From Chrysomallon squamiferum (taxonomy: Eukaryota; Animalia; Mollusca): DNA of 64,000 bases. The notes beneath the pieces were generated by a model. It had not been told where the DNA came from. It saw only the letters and a program-made list of their open reading frames with translations, and did no database searches. Position numbers and translations under genes: made by a program. This document shows positions 1 through 24,795 of the stretch, one piece after another (positions within the stretch are counted from its first letter, which is position 1; each line of letters opens with the position of its first letter). The DNA lies in NCBI GenBank assembly GCA_012295275.1, contig CM022671.1, positions 1,364,001 to 1,428,000 of the forward strand, given 5' to 3'.

Positions 1-100
1 ATTTAAATTAACATGCAGAGATATTAAGTTATATACTAGTTACTCATCCAACTTATGTAAATGGAGACTTTTGTATATTATATAAGGAACATATAAGTAC

Positions 101-1052
101 ATCGAGCAGTAAAAGTCTTGTATTGTAGTGATATGGCGTCATGGTGGCTTCTTCCATATCATACTGCTCTATATCAGCTTCCATCTGAATCTCCTCAAAG
201 TGCATCAGGGCAGACATTTTCTTACTGTAGGTTTCTGCGGTGATGGGGTCGTCTAGCATCTTCCTGGAACAAATTTAAATAAATATATGTCTCCTCTTCT
301 TATGAACTACTTGTAAAATAAACATTTTCTTCAGCATATTTAGTATGTTCATTCAGCCTCAAACTTGTTATAGCACTGCTATACTTCATTATTAGGAAAG
401 GTTTGTTACATAAACATAATACAGATTAATCAAACCTGTGTATACATAACATATTTAGGTTGTTGTGGGTACATTTCCACCACAGTTACAGCCCAGATTG
501 TTAGGGATACATTACTGAATAATTAAACTTTTAAATAAAATTTAGTAAACCTACTTGAATGATGTAAGTTCTATTTTCTCAAACTGTTTGAGATGATTTG
601 TGTTTGCGAGTCCCTGATTGATCATCTTCCTCACTGGATCCGGGACGATGTACTGTTTTAACTCTATCTTCCTTTCCAGTTTATCACAATTATGCCTAGA
701 ATTAATGAAAAACTAGCTTATGTAATGTGCACTCTGTATTTTTTTTAATGTGGCAAATGTTAATGATCATACAGAAAATGAGAGAAAAGCTGCAGTCACC
801 ATGCACTGGACTATTCTTTTTCATTAGCAACAAAAGGATATTTTATATACTTATCTTCTCCTGGTAACCATATGCTAAAAAACTCAATAAACTGTGGACA
901 TTATTTCACAACAGATATGTGCATATATAATAATATCATATACATATGTATATAAATGCATCACACAGGTTTGGATGTATGTATGTATGTATGTGTGTGA
1001 ATGTGTGCATGTGTTGATAGCTGACCATAGGTTACCTCTCTTACATTCCTGC

Positions 1053-1105
<53 letters not shown>

Positions 1106-2501
1106 AAAACCTAATAACTGTTAACAAAGGAAGGATTGAAACAAATCCTGTAGAAAAAAAAATAAAAATGAAAGGTGCATCTTAAGTTGTACCAAATCTA
1201 GCAAGGAATGACCAATGCTGGAATCAAGCTGAGATAACTTTGTTTATACATGGTGCTCAAGGAAGGAGGTTAAAGCTCCTTAAATTCCTCACTGCACCCA
1301 ACATCACATTTAAAACAACTGCACGTGAAATCACCACACAGCTGTTTAATGAAAAGAAAATATTCTTACTTTGGCAATGGAAATCCATTTATAATACGGT
1401 TGCTGCTCTCCGATGACTTTTACATCTCCTAGATTGTTTATCATGTTTAGCTAATTTTATGCCTTTCTTAATGTCTTCAATTGTCTCATTGACACATTTT
1501 GCATGTAAATATCTTACAATGTGAAATGCTGAACCAGACTCAGCGACTTGCTTGAACTGAAGAGCAATGGGTGAATGGTAACTTCCAATATTGCGAGCCT
1601 CAGCTCGTATATGTATATCATATGAACAGCCTGAAAATAATGATTTTATATCATTATTGTGTCATTTAAAAATGGCTATGTTTGTGCTAAAAACAGTTAC
1701 GACCATAACAACAATACAAAAAGATCTTAATGTAAAAGAGTAAACTTTTTTTTTAATTTCAGTATTATTTATCTTTGAAGTAGTATATTATACTATATAA
1801 CAATAATAATAATAATAAAAAGAATATAATGATGATGATGAAAAAAGAATACATATAATACACAGAATGTAAAAACTTAGTTATAAAATAGATTACTGCA
1901 ACAACTACTACTGATATTAATGATAATTATATTTACAAACAGCGAATACGTTTGTCTTTAGCATATTCTTTTTCAATAAATATTTGAAAACAGGAAAATA
2001 CTTTATACTCATCTTGCATGTAACACAAAAATAAAGAAACTGACTTACTCCTTACAACGGAAAAATAAATGAACAAATAAATGAACAAATAAATCTGTTT
2101 CTGAAGTTCACTGAAATTTTAAATACTGAACTAACCTGGTGTTATAACAACAGTGTTTTGTGATTCTGTCACTTTCCTTACATCATCAAGCTGAAACACT
2201 CGAATCCTCTTCAGCAGCTCACAACTAACAAGTTCAACGTTTTGTGTCTGGTTCACATTATTAATTGTTAGAGTTATGTCCCTTGGCTGTTGCTCTCTAA
2301 GAATAATAATGATAGAGTCTTTATCTGGTACATCAGATGGAACAGAAATTTTCACTCCATTTTTATCTTTTGTCAAAAAATTTCTGAAAAGAAAATGTTT
2401 TAAAGAAAATAAATTTGAAATACAATTAAGCAAAAACAAGATAAATGTTTAGGACTGGTAGTATTTTCTAAAATAACAGTAATCTTAATTAAAACAACAA
2501 C

Positions 2502-2536
<35 letters not shown>

Positions 2537-4036
2537 TATTTCAGATAAGAACTTTGTGATATAACTATGTATTTAACACTAACTGTTTTAAGTGAATTGT
2601 TAAACAATAAATTTCTTACTTCCTTATAATGTTTTCAAGCCTTACATAAAAACTGAATGCATGTCTGTGTTTTAAAACATTACAGTTGTGCATGTATTAA
2701 TTTTACTGTCCCTCATTTTCAGTCCTTGGACATACAAGCACATTTAACTTAATTAATTTATTAATATAATAATCAAAAAGCAACACCACCACTCTCCTTA
2801 CACTAGAAAAAGGCAACAACTCTTAATATTTGGTTTCAAAGCTCAGGACATTTTGGAAATAAATAAATAAATACATCTATTTATATATTACTAGCATTTG
2901 TTATTTTGGTCTGTATGCTGAAACTGATTAAACTTGTAGATGTAAAAGACTGTCACTAAAACTTTATAAGTTTTGTTTTTACACACTAAACAAAAGCTAA
3001 GTAAACCTTTTAGTATTTTATCCTAAATCAGAATTATTGTACAATATGTAGCAAAAATAAATAATCAAAGTAAACCTTTAGTATAAATATCCTAAAACAG
3101 AATTATTGTACAATATGTAGCAAAAATAAATAATCAAAGTAAACCTTTTAGTATTCATATCCTAAATCAGAATTATTGTACAATATGTAGCAAAAATAAA
3201 TAATCAAAGTAAACCTTTAGTATACATATCCTAAAACAGAATGACTGTAGTAAAACTAAGTAAACCTAAAACTTAGCAAACATTTAGTATATGTATCCTA
3301 AAACAGAATGACTGTAGTAAAACTAAGTAAACCTAAAACTTAGCAAACATTTAGTATATGTATCCTAAAACAGAATGACTGTAGTAAAAGTAAGTAAACA
3401 TAAAACTTAGCAAACATTTAGTAGATGTATCCTAAAACAGAATGACTGTAGTAAAAGTAAGTGTTACCTCTGGGTTTTTAACCTGTGCACTAAAACTGAC
3501 ACTCGATGTCGTCTGCCTTCCACGTGTTTGTCGACTTCTTGGTCTGACGTGCAAGGTGCTGAACACAGCTCACAGAAAAACGCTTTCTCTCTGTTAACGA
3601 TGAATTCAGGCAAACTCCCATTCTGACTAGAGCTGTGAGGCACATTCTGCGCAGAGCTTGATTTTTCAATCTGTTTTAAAATCTTGTGCTGATTAACAGC
3701 AAACTTTCTGTGTAGCTGTCTCCTCTGGAAGCCGTCAGATCTAGCGTCAGACTCCGAGTCACGTTTCTTGTCACTGAAGAAGCTGTGTGGTCCTTCGTAA
3801 CACAGATTATTCCTCAGGTGGATGATGCCGTTCATGAACAGTGGCTGCAGAATGCTGCTGAAACTCGGAACAGGTTTGTTTGGACTGATCTGCTGCAAGT
3901 GGGCTTTGTATGTGCCGTTGTAGTATTCGGAAATTCGAGTCTTGTCCATGCCATTGATGTTGATATTTTCAGTTTTCAGAAACCTGAGGAAGTCTTCACC
4001 TCTTTCTTGACGATCCTTAAATGTAAACTTGCCCAT
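101..4036 (-). CDS. MOV10: MOV10-like (SF1/UPF1-family) RNA helicase, 5' coding exons; the gene continues off the left edge
   Basis: Coding exons 4036-3468, 2383-2136, 1630-1370, 695-555 and 263-101 have GT-AG borders. Phases are compatible apart from one frameshift in the 1630-1370 exon. The peptides 'LKQYIVPDPV' and 'TYSKKMSALMHFEEIQMEADIEQYDM...RLLLLD(V)' match the MOV10/SDE3 pre-helicase region that precedes the 'VPGLAE.RPS' motif. There is an acceptor at 4102 and a probable non-coding first exon ending at 4838 (GTAAGT donor). Confidence 0.85.
2998..3462. repeat. Intronic minisatellite, 67-69 bp period, ~7 units in two subtypes
   Basis: About 3 copies of gtaaacctttagta..tatcctaaa.cagaattattgtacaatatgtagcaaaaataaataatcaaa, then cctaaaacagaatgactgtagtaaaa... 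at 3230, 3297, 3364 and 3431. Confidence 0.9.
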
Positions 4037-5668
4037 GTTGCAACTGACTTGAAGAACTACATCTAGATAAATGTAGATATGAATAACACAGAAGTGAAAA
4101 TCTGGGAAACAAAAGAAAACAAAAATATTGGTATAAATATGTGACTTAATTACATTTTGTACACTTCCAAGTTATTTTAATCGACATAACAATAATTTTT
4201 ATAATACAGTTATTATTTTTTTGTTAACTTTTTCAAGATTATGCGTGATATAAAATCATATGAAAATGTTTTACCTAACACATTTATTAAATTTAAATAC
4301 TTTTAATGAAGAAACAAATTTTTTTCAGTATATGTTGGGTAACACTTCTGAACATTTTAATACTAATTACTGTCATATGTCAGATGTCACCCCCCCACAC
4401 ATATAAACAACATAAAAATAAGATCGATAACATTCTACAATACTTTAATTTGTAATTGTAAGCAACATATCATGGCTATGACTACTTATAGTATCAGAAT
4501 AGTTAATTTCTTAAACTGTTAAAAACATGTCTCCATAAATCATCACTGAATTATGATACTATCATGTCTTCCTGTCAATAAAAAAGCGCGTTAAAAATCT
4601 CTTTACGCGCTTTTTTTCAAGTAGTTGCCTATTTATAAAGTTTAGAAACAATAGCCAACTCGATTTCTTCCCATAATAATAATAATAATAAAAAATTATA
4701 TTTGCTAAAAATAGTCAGAATACTTTCCACATTTTTAAAAATATCGTTAATTTAACATTAATTCCCAATTTCGTCAATACGGAAAGTAATAACCAGCGAG
4801 TGACGGATTCTATTTCACACAAAAGTACTTTACTTACGTGAATGACAATCCACGCCTTATATGTAGTCATCCATTATCAAATAAACTAAAATATATAACC
4901 GTTTGAACTAATCATATAACTTTTGGAAAACTAAATCACATATTGTCAAAAATCTGCCTTCCTTATTTTCGATCATGGATATTGTTCTGGGATTTCTACA
5001 CAGTTTCTTTTTCCTTTTTTTGTAATAGCATTGCAACAAGCAGAACCAGTCTACGGGGCATCCCCATAGAAAACATTCACGTTTGGTAAATAAGAGTTAT
5101 TTCCCTTCCACGACTACAGTCTATCCGCTACTAATATTATTAAATTAAGAAAGCTAACGTTAGCGATTAAAATGTCAAAACTTGTTAATGTCCTGTTTTA
5201 TTTTACATGCCCTTTTTAAAATTTGATCTAGTGTCAAAAGAATAAATCATACTGAAATTCCCCGAAACACTTATTTGATTTTACAGTATGCAGAAGATTA
5301 CCAGTCGTATAAAAGTTCACAGATCATTTTTTAACCAATCAAACCAACACGATGACTTTTTGTATTAATGTGTAACTAGCATTTCCTTGTTCATTTTAAC
5401 TCAAGGGAAATAAATTAGCAGGCCATTAGGCCATTTGCAAAAAAATATTTGTGCTATTGTTTTTAAATGAAGGCCTATATAAACGTATATTGTGAATTTG
5501 ATCAACACATGACCGCCTTTTACTCTCTTTTATGCACATTTTATACCACGAATAAAACAAATAAAACCGACCGGACATTCTGATTCTGAAAAGGAAATGA
5601 AGAAATGCAATACATTTTATATATAAATATGGTAAAGATTATATTTGGAGTTGTCTCACATTATTTTA

Positions 5669-5726
<58 letters not shown>

Positions 5727-6039
5727 TTAAATAGAAAAAAAAAAAGAAAAAGAAAGAGAAAATCAGAAAACTATCGGGGTGGGATGACTGCATTATATTC
5801 ATTATGATAAAGTTCAGCGATAAAGGAACGTTATTTCTTACAGTGATTAACTGTACTATAGCCTGTGTGCATGAAATCTCAACTACTGCGCCCACTTTAC
5901 AATTAAAGTTGAAATCAGTTCTTAATGGCGACTTTGTGGAGAAAGAAAATGCATTTGTTATCTTCAAAGCTACAAAACAAAAATAAAATAAATAATATAT
6001 ATAAAGCATCAGTTAAACCACTAAAAAAATTTAAATAAA

Positions 6040-6120
<81 letters not shown>

Positions 6121-6296
6121 TCTATGTTACATAGCATTCTGTATAAAATTATTTAATTTTTTTCCCTATCCACCTCCCCATTATTCATAAAATCTTTATT
6201 TTGTCAACCCTAATTTCTTCACGTCATAATTAATTCATTGGCATATTCAGTTATGACAAACTCGGGTTGAAACCCCCCCACCCCCGTAAAACAAAC

Positions 6297-6330
<34 letters not shown>

Positions 6331-6413
6331 AAATAACAAATAAATCCACCCACCCAACCAAAATATAATCAGTTAAAAAAATAGAACAAAAAAAGATGAT
6401 CCCTGAAAGCGCC

Positions 6414-6447
<34 letters not shown>

Positions 6448-6578
6448 GATCCATCGAATTCAAATGAAAGCCCAAAGAAAAAACAAAACAAAACAAAAAC
6501 AACAACAACAAAAAACCCCAACCAAACATTTAAAACATACAAAACATTCCCCTCAAGCCTACCTGTGCAGCAAAATCA

Positions 6579-6918
<340 letters not shown>

Positions 6919-7392
6919 ATCAATACACAGAAATCAACCGAAAAAAACCCACAGAAAACAAACAAAACAACAAATAGCCAAGTAAAAAAACCGACATAAA
7001 AAGAAAAAAAAAAAAAAAAAAAAAAGTCTTCAGCTATAGCAATAATAACCCCACCCCAAAAACGTTCAATTAGAATATATTTTTGTTTTTATTTTGGTGT
7101 ACGAATGAATTAATATACTGAAATTCGAATTGAATATACCAGAATAACAGGAAATAACACAGCTTGTCTTTCAAATGTTTTAATACAGCAACTTGCACTC
7201 TTACAAATACAAAAAGGTCGAAATATTATTTGTTATCAAAAAAAGGAGAGAAAACAAATCGTCAGCACTAGACTTTATCTGCTGGAACATCTATAATCAT
7301 GCATGAGAAAGACAGAAAAACAACAGGTGACAGTCACAAGCTAAAGATAAGAATTTGTACCTGCGTGTCTATTTCATCGACAGATCGTGACA

Positions 7393-12696
<5,304 letters not shown>

Positions 12697-13271
12697 AACA
12701 AATAAACGTTTTTGTATTTAAACAATAAATAAAATTATCTCTCCATTTCTGTTTTCATTATTAATTTTGATATTTTTAAAAACAAATTTACAAAAAGGGA
12801 AATGAATGGATTATCTTGCTTTTAGTTACTCTAATACGATCCACGGGCATTGCTGAATATCATTATATCAGTTTCGTTATTTGGTTTCATAAATATGCAG
12901 TACTAATCAATTAAGTGCAGTAAATACAATTTTAGTTTCAGTTCAAACACATTCTAACGTTATATTTGGGTCTAAAAGAAAACTCTTGAATATTAATTTG
13001 ATAAATTAGTAATGTGAGCCATCTAAAGGTTGAGTTAATGACAGGGTTCCAGTTCCTCAAAGATGAGGTTGGTCTGAACATGGCATTTGGTACATTTTAA
13101 CGCAATTAGTCGCTTTTATGTTTCATTGTGATTATTTTAATGTCAGGCGTTTACTCATTTATTGCTGGTTATAGACGTGTTTGTAGACGTGTTTATGCTA
13201 TTACATTAATTGAAAAATCAGTTAGTAGCTGGAAGTTCACAGAAGTAGAAGAGAAACCGGTTGTTAGAAAA

Positions 13272-14801
13272 ATGACAGGAGTCAGAAATCTGTGTGTCGT
13301 ACTGGGATGTCTGGTAGTCTTAACGACTGTCAGACCAACGAACGCAAGAGGTAAGAAGTAATTTACTCTTTTACGTCATTTGTATTTTAGTATTTTTATT
13401 TATTAGTATTATTAGTTTTTATTTAAATTCTGAACTGTAAATACTAAGTATGTAAGTAAATAATTATGTATGAATATATGTACGTATGTAAGTATGTATA
13501 TATGCATATTATAAATGATGTACGTGTGTGTGTATTTTCGTATGTATGTTAGCATGTATATACGTTTGTGCGTAATTTAGTATCCATGCATGTATGTATG
13601 TGTATGCGTGTGTGCGTGGATGCGCCTGCGACTATTTCTTAATCGAACTATGAAGTATTATTTCAGCAGGATGCGGACCTATGTCGTCCATGTGTCAAAC
13701 TGTCCGTAAATGTGTCGCGAACATTCACAGATGTGATGGTGTGAACGACTGCGGGGACTGGTCAGACGAATACACATGTCCTAACTGTGAGTCATTTAAC
13801 GTTTTTAATTCACAACTGTGTATGCACGTTAGCTTCATTAACAAGATAAGCAGTCGGAAGAAACGTATTTATAGATAAGGATAATCCTCACCAATAGAGT
13901 CAGCTAACCTATGTCTTGTGTACACGATAGAAATCTTTAAATGCAACAAGACCAGTGAATCGTGTTATAGTTTGCAGCATCTGTCCAATGGGATACTGAA
14001 AAGGTAATTGGTATTTACATTTAGGACAGAAAACAACTATTTTTTCTGTATGAAAAAACCCAACATTTTTCTGTTTTATTATATGCTGTACTTTATACAA
14101 AACAAACACATTTAAAATTGTTTAATGTTTATTGTAATTTTAAGTGCACTAAAATCACTACACATTTTGTTTATTTTGTTTAAACATCTATCCAACTCGA
14201 AACAGAATAAACAGTTCTAAATGAACAGATGTTGTATCACATTCCGAATACTTAAAAGCCAATTTGCATAATTGTTTTATCTAAACAACAGATTATTTAT
14301 ACTAATGAGAACCTTTCTGTAGAGGTCGAACATTTTCATGTATTCGGTAGTCAAATGTATAACTTTTGTTACAGTAAACATACATTATTCTATATTTCTC
14401 TTCTATATTTGTACCATGCATAAGATAAAAAATTTAGTTTCTGCGAATTCTATGATTAATATATACATGTTATTTTGGAATAAACGGATTTTCTTTTAAA
14501 ACCAACGCAGACATGAACAATAATCAGATTCTGAATCATATTTTGAATACACAGAGCCCGTTTTAATAATTATAAACTGTTCAGGTTGTGTCTAGTAGCA
14601 GTTTTTCTTTTATCAGTTGTTAGATTCTATTGAAAAAAAAAAAAAAAAAAAAAAACCCTGAAAACAAAACCATTTTTAAAGATGGCCTCCAAGAGGACAA
14701 AAAGTTACCAAAATAAAATATCAACTGATCCAGTACACTTCAGACATACTAGTACCCAAACATTCGCATTGATTCTGTTCACCAGTTGGGTAAACAAACG
14801 G

Positions 14802-14888
<87 letters not shown>

Positions 14889-15241
14889 GTTATTGTTATT
14901 ATTATTATTATTCTTGTTATCATATGCCTTCCCATAAACTGCAAAGCCTCTACTACGATGTTTGATGCTCCGGCAGAAGCGGGACAGTGAGGAGAACTGG
15001 ACAAGCCTGTGGTCAGCTCTCTGTCCAGCCTCCGCAATCAGTGACATCTTTTTCCTACGAGAAGTGAAAATACTGTTTACTTAATTTCCATATTTTTTCT
15101 TTTTTCACAGTCAGGTGTCCAGACTCGACGTTCCACTGCTCTGACGGACCTTGCGTTCTCAACGTCTGGGTTTGTGACGGATATGACGACTGTGTTGATG
15201 GTTCAGATGAACAGAATTGTCCTTCTACGTTAACAACATAG
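13272..15241 (+). CDS. Small secreted protein with two LDLa repeats (~109 aa)
   Basis: Exons 13272-13350 ([26 protein letters not shown]), 13667-13786 ([36 protein letters not shown]; NAGNAG acceptor) and 15111-15241 ([41 protein letters not shown]). Introns are phase 1; 330 nt in frame. Confidence 0.82.
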
Positions 15242-16977
15242 CGACAACGTAGCTGCTGTTGTGATTATTATTACCTCTGTTTGGTCATACTTCTTCTACT
15301 ACAAGTATTATAACTTGCATCCATTACATAATGTGTAGTAAGTCAACTTTTACTAGTACTACTACTATAACTCCTGCTGCAATTATTTCTGACACCACCT
15401 GTTATCACCGCTGCTGCTATTTCTGCCATTATTACCAACACTGCTTTGCCACTATTATCACCATCACCATAGGCACCAATGCGGTCGCTGCTACTGTGAA
15501 TTTTGCTCTTGTTATTAACTGTACAACTATAACTACTGCTATTACATCTGGTGCTACTTCTGTATTTACTGCAGCAACTCTGTTATTAGGGGAAGTGTAT
15601 CAGAGATAAGGATGGACATTCAGTTGACTTCTCAGCTGACACAATCAGCGATCAAAAAAAATGACGATCAACTTATATGAGAATCTACTACCACAGTATC
15701 TCTACAACTACAACAACAACAACAGCAACAACAACAACCACTACTACTACTATATCTGCTACTACAACTTTTTAAATATACATTATACACTCATACAAAT
15801 AATGAGATATACAATTATAATGAATAATATTATGATTATGGTCAGAAAGTTTTGTTAACGTGTAATTCTAATTCTTTAATCACTGATATTTAATAATTAA
15901 TAATTGATTATTAGTTCACAATGTATTATTTTTATTAAGAGCTGATTAATTATTGGTTATTAATGCGATATTGTTATAAGATGGTTATCAAGTCTTACTC
16001 ATTATGGTTAACGGTTAATTAACGGTCAGATCTAATGATTAATCGTAGATTAACGAAGACTGATTATTAATGAATTTGACTGAATATTAATAACAAATTA
16101 CTTATTACCCGCATACACACATACATACATACACACACACATACATACATACGTACATACATACAGACACAATTCACTATTATTAACAAATGATTGTTTA
16201 TGACCGATGGTTAATCAACGTAAAGATGAAAATCTGTTTCAGATGATTAATTATCCTGCATTTTCTAAACCATTTTTAAAATTTTTGTTTCTTGAAAAAA
16301 TGAATATCAAAGAAATATAAGAGATAACTTTCATCGATATAATAAAATGTATCTGAACTTACACTTGCCGTTTGTTGTTTGTTTATATGTTTTAATGTCA
16401 GTCTCTTGATACTGTGTTAAAATTTAATCGATTCAAACCGATTCATATCGATATACAAAATCCTATCAGAATATCGATACAACTTTCGTACATCTTCTCC
16501 TGTGAGTAGACAGCTTCCACAGTTGAATATTCTCGTTTGTATCTGCTATTTTACACATCTACATATTCACCCACATACATAACACACCCACACCCACAAG
16601 TACACACCCATCTATACATATATCCATACTTACATACATCCATTCATACATATAGGTACGTATGTTTTTGAGTGTATGCCAGTTAACAATATATTAATAT
16701 ATTTTGTTTTATCTTAACTATGTTATGTTTATATTAATTAAATGGAATAAAGGTTTGTATTTATAAAACTTACAGTTAATTATCTGATCTTTAATCGTGT
16801 TGTTATTTTAATACGAGCAAATTTAGAATCATAAGGCCAGTTAGTTCAGAGGCTGTTTGTTCAGTGATTATTTGGGATGATTTAACACATGTATAAATAA
16901 CGAGTACAACATTCTCCAACTGAAATTTGGAATTCACTGCCGAAACTGTGAAGAGAAGAAAAGATATTTTGAAAATC

Positions 16978-22809
<5,832 letters not shown>

Positions 22810-23258
22810 AGAAAGGAGGAAAAAGACATGTAAAAGTGCTGCCACGGAAATGTATTTGAAAGTAAAAATAGTATAACAATTAAATGTATACTTTATTTAT
22901 CTAGAAAATAGAATAAAGACTCATTAATAGAAACATGAGTGTGAGTTTTAGTATATATAGTGTATATTCAAAAGCACAGACTTTATTTTTCCCTCTCTCT
23001 CATAAAAACAAAGCAATATTAAATACCTATTTAATTGTATATGTATTGTGAGACTATTTGTTGATAAATACGTTCCAGTTACAACTGGAAATATAGATTA
23101 CATCTCAATGTCATATTTTTATATTACTACTTTTTTCAAATCTTGATATTACGTAGTATATCTCATTCCATAGTCTTAGAGACTTTTCCAAAATATTTAT
23201 GTTAAGTTGCAGTACCAAAACAAATGCAGAAGCTTTTCTGAGACAGTATTGGGTTCGA

Positions 23259-23378
23259 TTGATGGAGAATGTGAGATGAACTGTACAAGGGCTGTTCTTT
23301 ACAAACGAAAGTGCACTGGCAATTTTGTTAGCAGCAATTTAAAACCAGGCAGAATGAGATGTACAGGAGGCTTGTGTC
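23259..23378 (+). pseudogene. Orphan, 5'-truncated fourth copy of the TSP1-like exon
   Basis: Encodes DGECEMNCTRAVLYKRKCTGNFVSSNLKPGRMRCTGGLC. It lacks the WGPW start and the acceptor, Cys4 is changed to Phe, and it lies downstream of the poly(A) signal. Confidence 0.8.
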
Positions 23379-23442
23379 GTACGTTTTTGTTGTTGTTGTT
23401 TTTATTATTAGCATTGTTGTTGTTGTTGTTTTTGTTGGGATT

Positions 23443-23516
<74 letters not shown>

Positions 23517-24069
23517 CTTCACTCCGTATCAGCTGAAAAATGTGACGGGCGAATCGAAACAGGTTTAGGTATTTTGTAAATAATAGATATTTATTTGTCG
23601 TATCTGCTTCGTACAGCGAGGTCGCTGGTAGAAATTAATCCTGAAGTGTGTTTTCGAGCACTTTTAGTGGTGTCTTCCCAAAAGTCAGACGTCCCATAAC
23701 GCAGACGCATTAAACAACACAAGACACGGTTGAGCACTTTACTAATGACCTGCCTTGAATAATACATGTAGAAAATAATAGAACAGTCTGATACAACTAA
23801 ATATAGAATACAGAACAAAATTATATAAAACTAGATTTATTTATAGATTCTAACACGTCCATTTGACGCATTTTTATCCTAATTTTGAAAAGTGACCAAC
23901 GGTATCCAAGAACTGAATTGATGTTTTCTGGCCAAGAGTTAGCTCTGTCTTCAGTCTCTCGAGTCCATTTTCCGTCTGTTTATAAACTCTCTTTCTTGGT
24001 GGTTGGGCAGATCCAAAATCAAATGAAGTCTGGCGTTATCGTGTACCCATGTAAAAACCACATAATCAG

Positions 24070-24795
24070 TTAATGTCTCCGCCTGTGTACATCAGGTCCG
24101 TTATCCATTGCTTCAAACCACGCATCCTGCTGAACTTGTGCAGTTGGCAGAAGTGGTAGTCCAGCAGCCCTCCGAATCCATGTCTGTACATCTGGATCAT
24201 CTTTATACAGAACAGCAAGACCTAGATCTTGGGTTTTCCTCCAAATGGCCTGTGTGAAGTGAAAAAAGCATCGTTTCACCTCACCTTGTGGAAACTCAGT
24301 CTCAGATGCCTGGATTGCAGCCACCTCACAGTCAGTCTGAAGGTTAACTGGAGAAAGAGGTCGTCTTTGTCCAGGTCTCTTCTGTGTTGATATCGGCTCT
24401 AGTCAGTCGTTCGGCAGGTATCAAAAGTCGTCTATGTCTGTACAGTGCACTGCTCATACTGAGAAAGGAAGGCAAATGAGGAACAGTTTATGATGGTTTC
24501 TTTGGAACTCATCATTGTATATTTGCTGCATGGTTTTGTTTCTTCTCTTGCTCGTTTCTGTAGTCTGGTGATAAACTGAACAACATTCAGGTCACTTGGA
24601 CGGTGGTTGTGTTCTGATGTGTTCTGAATAAAATCGCCAACAGTGGTGCACTTCCCGGTACACATTTCTGCCACGCATCTCCAGTGAAAGCTTTCCCCTC
24701 TGGTGCGATTCGTTGTAAACAGAAATCCGTCCAGTGTTATCTGTAGTCTATCTTTTTGTGACTGAACAAATTCTACCCATTCTAAGATCAGCCAT
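24070..24795 (-). mobile_element. Degenerate Mutator-like (MULE) transposase with N-terminal FLYWCH zinc finger
   Basis: FLYWCH-like 'EFVQSQKDRLQITLDGFLFTTNRTRGESFHWRCVAEMCTGKCTT...SEHNHRP' and MULE core 'QTDCEVAAIQASETEFPQGEVKRCFFHFTQAIWRKTQDLGL' (CxxH motif). The frame is broken by frameshifts and deletions; TIRs were not identified. Confidence 0.8.

Noticed and set aside
4580-4617. Hairpin AAAAAAGCGCGT…ACGCGCTTTTTT resembling a rho-independent terminator or Helitron 3' end
   Set aside because: It lies in a eukaryotic intron, with no CTRR terminus or other element features; a single short inverted repeat.
14682-15047. Poly-Ile/Asn/Leu ORFs here and throughout the window
   Set aside because: They derive from (AAT)n tracts. 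The GC-rich bit at 14960-15040 may be a LINE 3' fragment but is too short to call.
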